From Trypethelium eluteriae (lineage: Eukaryota), in contig JAVECL010000023.1 of assembly GCA_051942245.1 (NCBI GenBank), positions 1-64,000 of the forward strand: a DNA stretch of 64,000 nt. Reading direction: 5' to 3'. The position numbers were made by a program, and so were the translations under genes. The notes under the pieces were generated by a model. That model saw nothing but the letters and a program-made list of their open reading frames with translations, had not been told where the DNA came from and did not search any database. Of the stretch, positions 49,842-62,397 are shown piece after piece (the stretch's first letter is position 1; the number at the start of each line of letters is the position of its first letter).

Positions 49842-51017
49842 ATTGCGGGTGCTTGGCTATGAAGAGGTTGACCAGGTAAAGAGCGATCGCTGAGATAGGA
49901 AATGTCTGGCGAGGTCGCATGCAAGCCATACGATCGCCCCTAGGGACAATCCCTTCCCATATGATGACAAAAAAGGCAGCTCACCAATGAACCAGAAGGC
50001 TAGGACATTGACCTAGCATGTCGGTTAACTGTATCCCAAATACTGTTCCTTGAGAGCCACTGCGTAGATTGTGTTTCATGAGTAGGGCCTTGTGGGGCCT
50101 ACCTCTTGTCCTGCCGCGACGGGCAGGCGCGTACCGGCGGTTTTCACGCAAATAACATGTTTGCGAAGACGAGCCTTGACTCGATCCGGCCCACTTACTG
50201 GGGAAAAAGAAACATAGGTCGTACATTGCCAGACAGATTGCAACTTGTCGTAGTGAAGGTCACTAGGCGTGAGTCATTAATTGGTTGCCTCATGCGGCCA
50301 CTTTCCACCAAAACCCCTAAAACCATTGAGGGAGCTGTGTTTCAATTCTGCAGAATCACTGATCCTGTGGATGCCAGACCGATTGTCTTGGTCGACAAGG
50401 TGGTGGTTCGAGATATGCGTGCGGAGTGGAAAAAGAGGCAAGTTGGGCAAATGGACGTCGCAATGACGGCCTCCATAAGGGAGTGAAGCGGAATCGTCTG
50501 TAGATTATCCAAATCTACCTATTCATGCATTGAGTTCCGCAGCGACTTGAGCACCAAAGCGATCCTGAGATAGCTACCCACAACATTAGATGAACTTCCG
50601 GCGTGCTACTGTTGTTGTCATCCCGAAGAGCTTCCGTTCTGAACCACTGAGCAGATAGAAGGTATGCGATAGCGGTAAAACTGCCATTGCATTACCAAGG
50701 GCTATAGAGAGACTACTGCAATTCAGAAGAGTAGGGACAAACGAAAGAGGATGGCACTCAGCTCCTGTCATGCCGTATATTCGGCAACAGACTGAGGCAA
50801 TGCCCAGCTCTTATACCTACGGCCGTGCTTTCCCGGGATCTCACAATGAACTGGTCAGTTTGTGCCAAGTACGCACACGATCTAGCATGAGAAGAAGGGC
50901 ATTTCTCAAATGTCAGTATGAGTCATACTAGGGTCCGCAGGATGCCGTAAATCGCGAGTTCAGGCACAGCATCGCTGAGCACTTCAAACCAGGGAAACGT
51001 CGTGGTCTACTGACAGC

Positions 51018-52865
51018 TCACGCTCTTTTCCCTCCAGTCAAACCTCGACGCTGGCCCACCTCTTCATTGTCCTTAATAAAGCCATACTCTTTGGCCATAC
51101 GATCGATGTCCGTCTCCTCGAGCTTAGGTAGCTCCTTTGCCGCTTTGACATAACTCATGTTCTCGCAATAGCCTTTGGCAAAAATGATGTCGATCTCTTC
51201 CAGGGATCGACCTGCAGTCTCAGGATAGAAAATCCAGATACAAGGAATAAAAAGAGCATTCAAGATAGCAAAGAAAAGATAGGTACCCCATCCAATACCG
51301 GAGATCATAACAGGTGTAATCATGACGATGAGGAAGTTGAACAGCCAATTGGAGCAAGTCGAAACAGCGTTGGCTTTGGCACGGGTTTTAATTGGATTCA
51401 CCTCAGCAGGGTAGAGCCAAGGCAAGGGAAGCCATGTTGCTCCAAAGAACGCGATGTAGGTGAACAAACCGACGGCCGCACCCTTCGCAGCAGGTGGGCT
51501 ACCAGGAATCAGGCAAGCAAAGACAAGGACCATGGACAGACACTGACCGACGGAACCCCAGAGAAAGAGTTTGCGCCGACCTACGCGTTCGATAATGAAC
51601 CATGAGGTTGTGGCAAAGATGGAGTAGACAATCATATTAATCCCACCGAGGAGAAGAGACATGGAGTGGGATTGGCCGATGGACGTTTCAAACAGGATTG
51701 GAAAAAAGTAGATTACGGCGTTGCAGCCACCCAATTGTTGGAAGAACTGGGAGGAGGCGCCAAGAAGCATTCGTCGGCAATGCTGAGTCTTGCCTCCACC
51801 AAAGAGCGTACTGAACGGCGTGACACCCCCGTGGTGGCCTGCCGCGTGGATACTGTCCATGATGACCGAGATAGTTAGCTGTGTTTCAGGCGATTTCCTC
51901 TCCCAACCGTGGAGAGCAGCGATAACTGTTTCAGCGTCCTCGTGGCGATCCTTGGTCAGCAGCCAACGTGGAGACTCGGGAAGCCACAACATGAAACAAG
52001 AGATGATAAGACCGAAAACACATTGGAAAGCAATGGGAAAGCGCCACGTCAGATTGTCTGGGCCATAACTGGCGCCAAAGTCGATCCAGTAGGCGATGAG
52101 TGTACCGAATGCTATGACACCACCCTCAATGCAAATCAAGAGTCCACGATTGGTGGTTTTGGAGCATTCCGCTTGATAAGTCGGGATTGTGGAGGTGTTG
52201 ATTCCATTTCCAACACCGGTGACTGTCCGTCTGGAAGTATCGTGTCAGTAGGGCAACGGTAGGAGCGGTTCAACGAGGTGAACGAAAGCACATGCGTACC
52301 CAACGATGAATTGCGCGGTGGCGTGATAGCCGTAAATAGGTGATACTTGAATGATGACTCCAAGGATCATGACAATTCCACCCAGCATGATTGCTCTTCG
52401 TCGTCCGAGCCAGTCACCGAATGTGAGGATGAAGATAGCACCTAAAAGGCATCCTTGCCAAGGTCAGGGCCGATTTTCACTCTCTCCGACTTGTGCTAAC
52501 CTACCGACTTCGTAAATGGCAGTCACGAAGCCTTGCCACGTGGTATTGCCTCTTGTTTGTGGGAAATATGTATTGAAAGGCTCGGCGGAAATGATTCCCG
52601 ACATGACACCCTCTGCATCCCTTCATCAATGGCGATACCTACTTGAGAGAGAATGGAACGCACGATCATAGCCAAAAAGCAAGAAACCAGTTGTCGCGAT
52701 TGTAGAAACCGCCAAGCTGAGGGGCCGACCAGTGAGCCCCATAAATCGTGGGCTAGGGGCGAGAGGAACATGTATCTCATTGCCGCCGGATGTTCTTGTC
52801 TGTTCTTCAATTTGAAGCGCGACCGGACTTATCTCGCTTGCCCCATCGGAGTCTGCAACGGGCAT
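51018..52865 (-). CDS. STL1: MFS sugar porter, Stl1-like, 4 exons
   Basis: GLTGRPLSLAV...LLFGYDQGVMSG, DWLGRRR, PESPRWL, QQLGGCNAVIY, IERVGRRKL, YPETAGRSLEEID. Start may be 52865 or 52877. Confidence 0.8.
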
Positions 52866-53981
52866 TCCTGTACGCATTCTGTGGAGTTTGGCGACGAGCT
52901 CTCGACACTTGAAGCTGACCAGGCGCCTTGAAGAGTTGTCTATCTTCAATGCAGATAGGGCACTACACAGCACGTCTTCGATTTCGGTATAGTATCTCAG
53001 AAAGGAACGGGAGGTAAAAACTAGCGGGCCAATTGTTTGTCTAAAGAGAACCGTTGCAAAGGGATGGCAACCACTTAATCTGGGTCAGAGTGTGGCAGAA
53101 TCCATGAGGAATTTCAATCTTTTCAAAGTGCGTGCATGTACACTGTGGACTGCAAGTAAATGAGCCAAGAGTAACCATTGGAGAAAAATTAAAAGTGCTT
53201 CTAGCGTGGCCATTCCGGTACTCAGCTGCTAGCGCTGCTAGTCTCGCTACCAGAATCCTGACTTGTGAAGACGGAGACATTATTAATCGCGAAGATTGTG
53301 GAGCATATGATAGTGCACAGCGCCGGGGGGTGGAAGAGACCCGCCAAGGACCACATCGTGGTGCCGGAAGATTGGCAGGGGCAGCACCGTGCTGATAAGT
53401 AGAGATACGAGGCGGCAGATGAACAATTTTCGAGGTGCGAGGGTGCGAGGGTACCGTGGACGGGATGAAGTGTTGATCGAGGCCAGGACATGTCGTAGAG
53501 TACTCCGTACTCGATAAGACGATGATGGTGGTGATGGAGGCACCGCGCTCGCTGCTCCCACGCGTCCAGAGGTGGGTGCACGAAAATTCGGCGCGCCATT
53601 CCACATTCGGTGGTTTCTTAGTCAAGGTGCCTTACCCAAGCGTGCCAAGTCCAAGACACCCGAGGTATCTACGGAGTAGTACTGCTCCGCACGCATTACC
53701 AGGTAGAAGACGGATGCGATCCTCGAACAAGTTAGACTGGATAGCGCAAAACCTGTCGTTCATCAACAACTTACGGAGGCGCTGTTACGGTACATATCTT
53801 GCATCCGAGGAGATGACGTTTATCATAGTGAGGCAACAAAGCTGATAGGCACCTGCGTAGACTAGTACGACTGCTTTCAAGGTTTTGTGGCGTCACACGG
53901 ATACGAGTTCCCTTTCCCTGAAGATGTTGCTGGGCTCTTGGACGGCCTCACAACATTAGCTTCCTCGTTCAAAAGCGCATT

Positions 53982-54932
53982 ATGGCAGAGTCGTCAGACT
54001 TCCAAATCGTGTCTCTTCTCCAGAACGATGGTCTCCAAGAACTCAGACAGCTGCAGAATCTCCTCCATCTCTTCCACCATCGTAATAAAAACCAGCATCG
54101 GCGCAGCGTCTGGTGGCGAAGCTTTGATAATTTCCGACGGGAATGCAAATGTCTGCTCGATGAAGCTGGAAAATGGACGGCCGCAAGCGTAGAACTGAGC
54201 AATAGCACCTGGCCAAAAGGAGCGAAGGGGATGAAAATCAGAATGGCGGTGGCGCAGAAGAATGCAGCACGCAAACCTGAGCTTGAACTGAAGATGCAGC
54301 AAAGGCTATCATGGTGGCAGAATGGTTTGATTAAGAAGTGGTGGATGTACGTCTTCTGTGAAAATAACAGTTCGCTTTCTTCATTGAGACTCAATTCCTA
54401 TCTGCCCCCAAAACCTTGCTTTCAGCATTTACTGTATGGTAAGCACTAATAATACAGCAGAGCTTTCACACACGTTCTGGCTCTCAACCAATTCGCTCAG
54501 CTTGGACTCTTCCTGATCGCCACCCTTGCAAGAATATCCAGGCTCACCGGCCTCACAGCAGCTCTTGAGCAAGCTGCGGATGCAGAAACCGAAGCTCTGA
54601 TTACTCGCTTTGCTACCGAGGAAATCCACAATCCTCCAGGCGTTGCTGGAGATTCGGACGGCGAAGACATAGGTGAAATTGTTCAGCGCCATGTACCTCG
54701 ATCACCCAACAAAGGACGTGACTTAACTACAGCACCGTCAAATTTGGGCGATGGAGCAAATATCGACCCACATGAGAATCAGACGAATGAAGCGCTCTAT
54801 CAAGAAGACCAGACTCCATCTCTGCCTGGACAGAAGCGCAAGTTTACGATTCCAGTGACGCCTAGTGCGTCGAAGAAGAAAATGCGCAAAACAGGCAACG
54901 CAATCGACGACCTCTTTAGCGGTCTCCTCTGA
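53982..54932 (+). CDS. RMP1: RNase MRP protein subunit Rmp1, 2 exons
   Basis: LHLFHHRNKNQHRRSVWWRSF; after the intron AFTHVLALNQFAQLGLFLIATLARI; end KKKMRKTGNAIDDLFSGLL. Confidence 0.85.
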
Positions 54933-55007
54933 GAAAATGGTCGCCGAGCCATTGAATGCTGATGAACGTCGTCGCGCGATCTTTTCCATCGTTCAGCCAC
55001 TCTTCGT

Positions 55008-58000
55008 CTACCAAGGACGTGACAACCACCATGCGAGACTCCCCAATGCACAATTCCAGACTAAGTGCCACCCAACACTCCACGCCATCGCGTATAGATA
55101 TTTTGGCGAAAATACCGTCCAAATAAATAGGTGGGTACGCAGTGCCGTACAAGCAATTTGTACCGCAAGGAGTGTGACAAGAGTGAAAAGCGTTAGGAGT
55201 GCGAGCGGCGCGAATAACGAATGTTGACCCCGATCTCCAGATGGGACATTCCTCGCGTTACCACTTTTACTCTCACGCAAGAACTCCCTTTCCTGCTGCA
55301 CCCAATTCCTCGCTGGCCCTGGTCCCGTTGTCGATCGGTTCGCTCCCCTTTTCATGGCCTCCAACTTCGGCGACTCGTCCATCTTTCCTACCCAGAGCCA
55401 GCCCTGCCAACCCCACCACACCGGCCCAGCCCAGTTCCCGAAGAATAGGAGAATACCCACCAGACCGACTTCATACCCAGCCACTCCATTGTAGGCGTTC
55501 GACAGGTCAATACTAGAGATGGCATTAGATCCGCCAGAGGCGAAGAAGGTGGTGTAGGTCAAGAGAAGGGTGGTCAGAGTTGACGCGAAGTAGCGGGCTG
55601 GGGGTGAAAATGTGGGAGGCCGAGCCAACCCGCTGGAAATGGGCACAGAAAAAGGGAAGGCCCGGTTAAAGAGTTGGCCGAGGAGTCGCTGCTCGAGATC
55701 AAAGATGAGGAACAGGGGGATATTTTGAGCCCGAGATTGAGTGATTAGGAAGAGGGTGAGCAGCGGTTGCAAGCGCGCCCCAAAGGAGATATCATCTGTA
55801 CAAGCTTAAGTTAGCACGACTCTTGCTACTGCTTATAGAGAAGCAGCAGATTTCACCAGGCTGAGAGCTCACCTTGAATGGCCGGTTCTCGTTGCTTCGT
55901 ACCAACCCGTTCGCTCCATGCAACCCAGACAATGGCAATAGCCAAACATCCAAAAACAATCCTTGCCTGCGCCACCAGACCCAGCCCTCCTGCGCCTCTC
56001 ACCAGCACTTCGGCGATCCAGCGCAGCCAATCCATGTCCTTCATTAGTTCTGGTGCTTCGGCAGCGGTAAAGCTTATTTTAAACACTAGACCCACGATCG
56101 CCAGGAGAAGTGCATGGCCTGGACCGCCAGGAGCACCAACGAACTCGACGATATGCGGTAGATCTGTCAGTGAGAAAGTCGAAAAAGCGAACGGAACTGA
56201 GCGGTGTGAGAATAGAGCGGCGCTGTAACAGTATATGAACGTGATGAGTGCCCACAGGAGATTAGGGTGAGTAGGGAGGAAGGACGACGAGATAGAAGCG
56301 GCCCCGGCATGTTTGACGCCCGTGGTTGTCCAGCGAGTCGTTGTACGATGCAGCAGCAGTAGTATCGTAGCTACCGTTTGCGGGGAGCCTAGAAGCGAGT
56401 TTCGGTTTTGTACGGTCGAAATAGAGGGCACATTGTGGGCACTGCTATGTCGCAGCTTCATCAGTATTGAATGACTGGGAAGTGGGGAATGTATGCACAA
56501 ACGAGAATAGGCTTGAAAGCAGCGAACTCACGATTTGAGGTAAAGGAACACAATCCAACCGCCAGTGATCCAGTACCAGAAATGCTGCTCCTCTTCAACA
56601 TAGCTGCTGGCAAACATCATGACGCTGTAAGTGAGCGTCACGGACACGAAGAAGTATCCTTCGGCTCTGGGCGGCCATCCTAACGGGACGATAGCCAAGG
56701 TGAAGAGAGTAGCGAGTGCAGAAATAAATATACCCAGGGCAAGGAAAGCAACGTTGTAGTTGCTTGCGGTGCTACTTAGCAAGTCTTGAGCAGATTTCAG
56801 AAACTAGTGCATAACGTCAACCTTATTTTTCGTAATGGAGAAGGTCAAAACGCCTGACGAGATGTGATCGACAACTTACGTCTATGACCAAAGGTTTGAG
56901 ATGCTCCTGTCTCAATTGGGCCCCTCTGGCTTTAGCTTTAACAAGGCCATCAACCTTCCTCCATTTCAGTGCCAATTCTGCACCGCCCGAGCTTGGCTTC
57001 CCATACGTCTGGACATGCTCACCATTGTAGTCTTCATCGGGAAATGTCGCTTGAACTATATTGAGCACTTGTCGGGCATTCTGTAGCAGAAGCTGAAGTT
57101 GCGCCTCTAATGTTCACGTCAGCTCCCCTTATCTGACCTTTCTTATCACACAATCTAGTCCTGTACTGACCATCATCCCAAAACCCCAAAGCACCTTCAA
57201 TAAAAATTCCCAAGTTATTCTTTGGCACCGGTACTCCCAGCAGTCCAGCCAGTGTCGGCACCACATCGCTCTGCTCAACTGTCTCATAGAACCCGCAGCA
57301 CTCCCCTTTGTGCTCTGTCGGACAGTCCGTCCCACTACCTGCCGCCATCTCCAACAGGGGAGATATAAACACCAATGCCGGGCTTGTCTCACCCTCACTC
57401 GAGCCCCCATGATTACCTCCGTCGTTCATTCCGTGGTCTCCGCACAACACCAGTAATGTGCGGTGAAGGTACGGACGTTCGGCGTCTGTGATGGCATCGT
57501 AGACGGTTTGCACAATGCTGTCCATCTCTCGTTGTTTGGGTAGCATGTTTGGACTGGTAGGCCCCGCCTTGTGCCCGATGTGGTCGAGACCGAGATAGTG
57601 CATGATGAGGCCACTCCAGTCGGAATTGTGGAGTTCGGTGGGGACGTGACGGGTCACATTGTTATCGACTTCGGTAAAATCCTAGAAGATGGCTCATGTA
57701 TTTCAGCCTACGTAAAGCTACATATGTGGGTGCGGCTTGGAGATGGCGAGGAAGACAAAAGCAGATGTGCCCAGGTAAGATATGCATGCTGCCAGGACTG
57801 ACCGACACAAAAAAGCTACTCGTCCCGTCTGCTCGTTCAAAGAAACCGGGGAAAAGCTTCAGCCACGTATCATCACCGATAAAAACGAGCTTATTCTTTT
57901 GCTCCTTTTCCTCCAATACCGCTTGTGCCTCTTCTATAGAGTGGCCTGTTGCTGAATGACCCCTTGCTCGAATCTGTGCGAGCCAGGTGTCTTGTCCTGC

Positions 58001-58517
58001 GAGGGTAGACGTAGTGTCACTTTCAGCGAAATTGAGGATTACGTCGAGGAAGGAGGGAATGGAGCCGGTCGTCATTGCTTTGACTCGAGGCATGGTGATC
58101 GTGGGAGAGGTTGCATGGGCCGTGTAGGGGAGAGCATGGCCGCGTCTGATCAAGCTAGATATGGGATTTAGCACATGAAACATTTATACAGACAAGACGC
58201 CAACCATACCTCTGCGTGAACTCAAAGCCCGATGTATTGGAATAAACAAAATCACTGTCTGATCATCAGCCGATTCTACAGGGGAGATCCTCGGAACTGC
58301 CAGTTGGCTCCCACCTTCTCAGTGCATCGACGACCATGAAGATGAGCTTGTCGAAAGGCGCACCCAACGGTCCGCTGTATCCAGGTACATTTTCATACGT
58401 AGCAAGTCCGGATAGAAAAGGTTTATATGGAAAGAACCCAATTGCGAAGACGAGTACGGCGAAAGGGATGAGGACATTGGCGAGGACTAAAACAATGATA
58501 TGAACGCGAGTCGCCAT
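55008..58517 (-). CDS. GPI7: GPI ethanolamine phosphate transferase 2 (Gpi7/PIG-G), about 8 exons
   Basis: FDKLIFMVVDALRSDF, SPTITMPRVKAMTTGS, GDDTWLKLFP, HYLGLDHIGH, GDHGMNDGGNHGG, SSYVEEEQHFWY, SNAISSIDLSNAYNG, LRTHLFIWTVFSPKYLY. Confidence 0.9.
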
Positions 58518-59277
58518 GTGCGCGCGAGACTCATCAACGTTCAATGGAACACTAAGTGAGACGGCACAGAATCAAAGAGGCCATGGCGTAGTGTAGAAAG
58601 AGAAACCATTGACAGAACGTTCGATTCGCCGCAGGGAGCGAAGAGACCTTCACTGTAGGGACTCATTCTCAGGGAGCATGAAGACCGGCGTCAGTGACTC
58701 GGGAGATTTGGCATTGGAGGTTTAGGGCCGCAGGCACGGACCATCTCCACGATCGACTCCACACCCGACAGCAACTACCAGGCATGCCAGGTACATGTAA
58801 CATACCTCCTCCAACAGTAGGTACTCAACTCCCCACTCTACTGTGCTGAATGCCAACATCGGATCATCTCACGTGCCTCCATTCAAGTCTTAATTGGAGT
58901 CATGGTGTTGTCCTGCTGATGAAGTGTCTTGTGTGATTACGGTCGAGCTATAATACATGCAAGTTTCTCGTGATTCCATTCTCTCATTATCATCTTCTCG
59001 TTTTCCGTCAATATCTTCAGCAATTTCTCGTATGGCTCCAGCAAATCCGGCAATACATCAACGAGTGACTTTAGTTAGATAGCGTGCATTACCACAGGTC
59101 CATGAGCCGCCGGTATTCGAAGCGAAAAAGGCCCTTTCATCCATCATTTTCTGACATCCTCGCCACAACTCCGATGCCATCCAGAGCGACGCAAGATGCC
59201 GTTGCGATGCAAAGTGCAACACCAACGCATCAGTACGCGTAAAGAGATCAATTCGTCGTTTTCCTTTCAACCCCCGC

Positions 59278-59307
59278 TTTTTTTTTTTTTTTTGTTTTTT
59301 TTCTTTT
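59278..59307 (+). repeat. Poly(T) tract (poly(A) on the mei2 strand, downstream of its stop)
   Basis: Run of about 16 T followed by shorter T runs. Confidence 0.8.
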
Positions 59308-59843
59308 CCTGAGGCTAATGAAAGCCTCTTATACAATGACAGCCTTTGGGGATCCAGACGTCTTCAACACTTCCTTGGCACTCATCTCCAATCGCCAACG
59401 TCCTCCCTAGAAGTGCGAATTCGAAAAGAACTTCCACCAAAGAGCCGACTCGGTATCCCATGAAGTACACGGTTCTTGGTACTAGTCTCCGTCAAATGAG
59501 CGGCAGGAGTGATGGTGAGCGAAAGTGAGCGTCGAACTTGAGGAAACCGCCGATGGTATAAAGCGCATCGCATGGATGGCCAAGGGGAAACAATCATCGA
59601 AAAGTACATGCAGAAGATAATCGTCCGAAAAGAACATGCATAGATATCTCATGTATGAAAGCGAAAGGGGGCAGAGCATCTTGTAGATGCAAATCATTTG
59701 ACAGAAAATTTTGCTCTGTGGAAGATTTTGAGGAAGTGAATGGGCAAATTCAAAGCGGAGAGATGCAAGAACTATGAAACATTGCGAAGTCGACCTTCTG
59801 AGGTGGATTAAACTCCGTGACGTGGCAGTGTAGAGTCGGCTCG

Positions 59844-62397
59844 TTAGTACTGGTACATGCCGCTAACAGCAAAGGTTGGTTGCTGCTGGCCGAAACGCAT
59901 GATGGACTGATCATTGGGAATGAATTGACGGAAGTTGACGCGGCGGTCGAACGATTCCTCAAGTTGGGCGCGTGGCGTACCGCGGTCGAACTGGGAACGG
60001 CGGCGGCGCTGTTCGTCCCGGGTTTGCTGACCAGCACGAGGAGGAAAGAGGCCTGTATTACGAGTCAGGTTCAGTCCACCTTCAATGCTAGGTGGCCATG
60101 TATACTGACCAATGTGCTGTGCATTATCAATGCTACGCTTCACCTTGGACCAGTTGTCGGGGTCAGGAAATGGTGCCTCTTGACCACAACGCTGGGGGTC
60201 GGACTCAGTATAGTAAAGCTACAAAACGTTAGTGCTGAGCGGAAAGACAAATGGGTTACGAAGTCACTTACCTTGGGTCGATAGCCATCGAATTCCTTCA
60301 TGACAGAACTGTTGCGGAACTTTTGAATCAAGCAGTCCTTGCCTTGGATTGTAGCATACGAGACCTCTGCCACCTTCCAGGATCGAAACTCATCCCAGCG
60401 CTTGTTATTGATGTCGAGCATGAAATTGATGATGGACTCAGAATTCTCAAAATTGATGAAGGCATAGCCAACGTTGCAGTCATTCTGGAAGTCAATGCGC
60501 AAGTAGATGAAGTCATACTTGCCGTAGCTGGAGCGATCGATGAACTTCTTCAAGTCAGGAAGGTGCATTTTGTTGGGGATGTTGCGAAGCATGACCTGCA
60601 GAAGATGCGTTAGCGTCGACACGAAGGAGAACAGAGGTTTCCAGCTTACTGTTGTGCGCACGTCAGTGCCATTAGCGATCCTGTCGATGTTGACAGTATT
60701 GTGGTGTCCGTTGGCATGTTCCTGACGGAGCGTACGTGGCCCAAATCGGCCAGTCGAGCCATCGCGATCCGTAGATGAGGTCCATGGCGCGCTGTTGGGA
60801 GTCAATACCTGGGGAGGCTCCCCGATCACACCAGGGAAACCACCTGCGTGCGGAGTGAGCGGAAGCGGTCCATTCATACTCGTGAAATTGGCCTGTGGAT
60901 AGCCAAATACCACGGGTCGGGCAGGAACAACAGGACCTGTGCGAGGGATTCGAGTGCGACCAGTAGGTGACCAAGACCAACTATAGGAGTTCAAGTTCTG
61001 TGGAGAAATTGGAACGAAAGATTGTGGTGTTGATACTGGAACGGAGTTCGTGACGTTCAAATCGCTGATATTCAACTTGCTCATCATATCTGCAACGCCA
61101 GAATCAACGCGGGACATCGGTTGGGGTACGGGTTTCTGCGCGCAAGATGGCATATAATGCCGTGCGGTGATGTAATATGCCTGAGGTTGTAAGGTTAGCC
61201 CAAAGACACTTCTCGACTTGAGAAAAGAACGCACATCATGAAAGATGCCTTGGCCGTACGCATCGGCGAATCGTTTCGCTGCTGATAGCTGGAAGAACTC
61301 CACGCGATACTCCTTATAATTCTCTCCGGATCCGAATTCGGCCAGACCACGAACCTCGCCATATTCGCCAGCGAGCGCTTTGCATGCTCGGCGAAGGGTA
61401 TTTTCATCCCATTGAAGATTGACCGCACCTATGAGTTGAGCAGTGATATGGACCTGCCCGGCAAACAGGTTTCGGGAACAGTCGTCGATCACTCGTGGGC
61501 AATGAGCATCGAGCTCCAAGGGATTAAGGTACCGGACGGTCATGCTGGTGCCAACTTTGATGGCTCTACCGTATGATTGTTCGGCAGCGCGCAAATCGTC
61601 AAACATCAAGTATAGCGCACACGGCTGGCCAGGTTCAACCTTCGAAACGCGGTGAGTCATATCTGCGTAGACACCAGCCTGGGTGAGGGTCAGCTATGAG
61701 GAGCTTATCAACTTCAGACGGGAAAAATTACCTTGGAAAGCAAAACCTCGATAACAGTGATATTGACGTAGTTGATGTTGCCAATGAAGATATAGCGACG
61801 GACTTCGCCATCAGTGCTGAACGCCAGTCCGAGGTGCCTCGGGGAACGCACTCCGTTACCAGGGGAGGAATGGTCGTTATAGAGGTCGAACTTCTCACTG
61901 AACGAAGGCGTCTCGGGGCTCGACTTTTTCGCCATGGTCTTAGGATATGGCGTGGAGGAGACAATGTCAGGAACGGAGTCGCGAATGAGTAACTGATTCG
62001 GATGAAAATCTTTTGCGGTGGCAGAAAGCTTCTTGAGGTCGTTAGCATCTTGCACCTCCTCCGCGACTGACGCGAAACGCAAGCGCGCATTGGCGCTCTC
62101 AACAAATGGGTCAAAGAGAGAGTTGAGTCCCTTGATGGTGAAGATGGACTCTGCCGTCCCGGGTGTAAGGCTACGGCCAATCGCACTCATGGCTGGCTTG
62201 GCTGGTGTGAGACGAGCGCTGGACGTGCAATTGAAAGGCATGTTCCCAATCACATTACCGATCAAAGGAGTGCCGGGAGCGTTGACCTTTCCAGCGCGGC
62301 TGTCGTCTGGAGTGTAGGTGGTGATATTGGTTTCCGGAGAAACATCCTTGAGGGACACACCTTCAGAGGAGCGAGGACTCTCGCCAATGCGAAGCAT
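59844..62397 (-). CDS. MEI2: Mei2-like RNA-binding protein with C-terminal RRM3, 6 coding exons
   Basis: DVRTT|VMLRNIPNK, YDFIYLRIDFQNDCNVGYAFINF, ATIQGKDCLIQKFRNSSVM. Introns 61679-61731, 61181-61234, 60596-60649, 60219-60271, 60053-60109; stop at 59844-59846. Confidence 0.88.

Noticed and set aside
53041..53845. Several overlapping 100-190 aa ORFs between STL1-like and RMP1
   Set aside because: GC-rich divergent promoter; low-complexity translations in multiple frames without motifs.
59750..60037. ORF 59750-60037 as the last MEI2 exon
   Set aside because: Splice phase and the GLFPP...RRRRSQFDRG motif put the real frame on the ORF ending at 59844.
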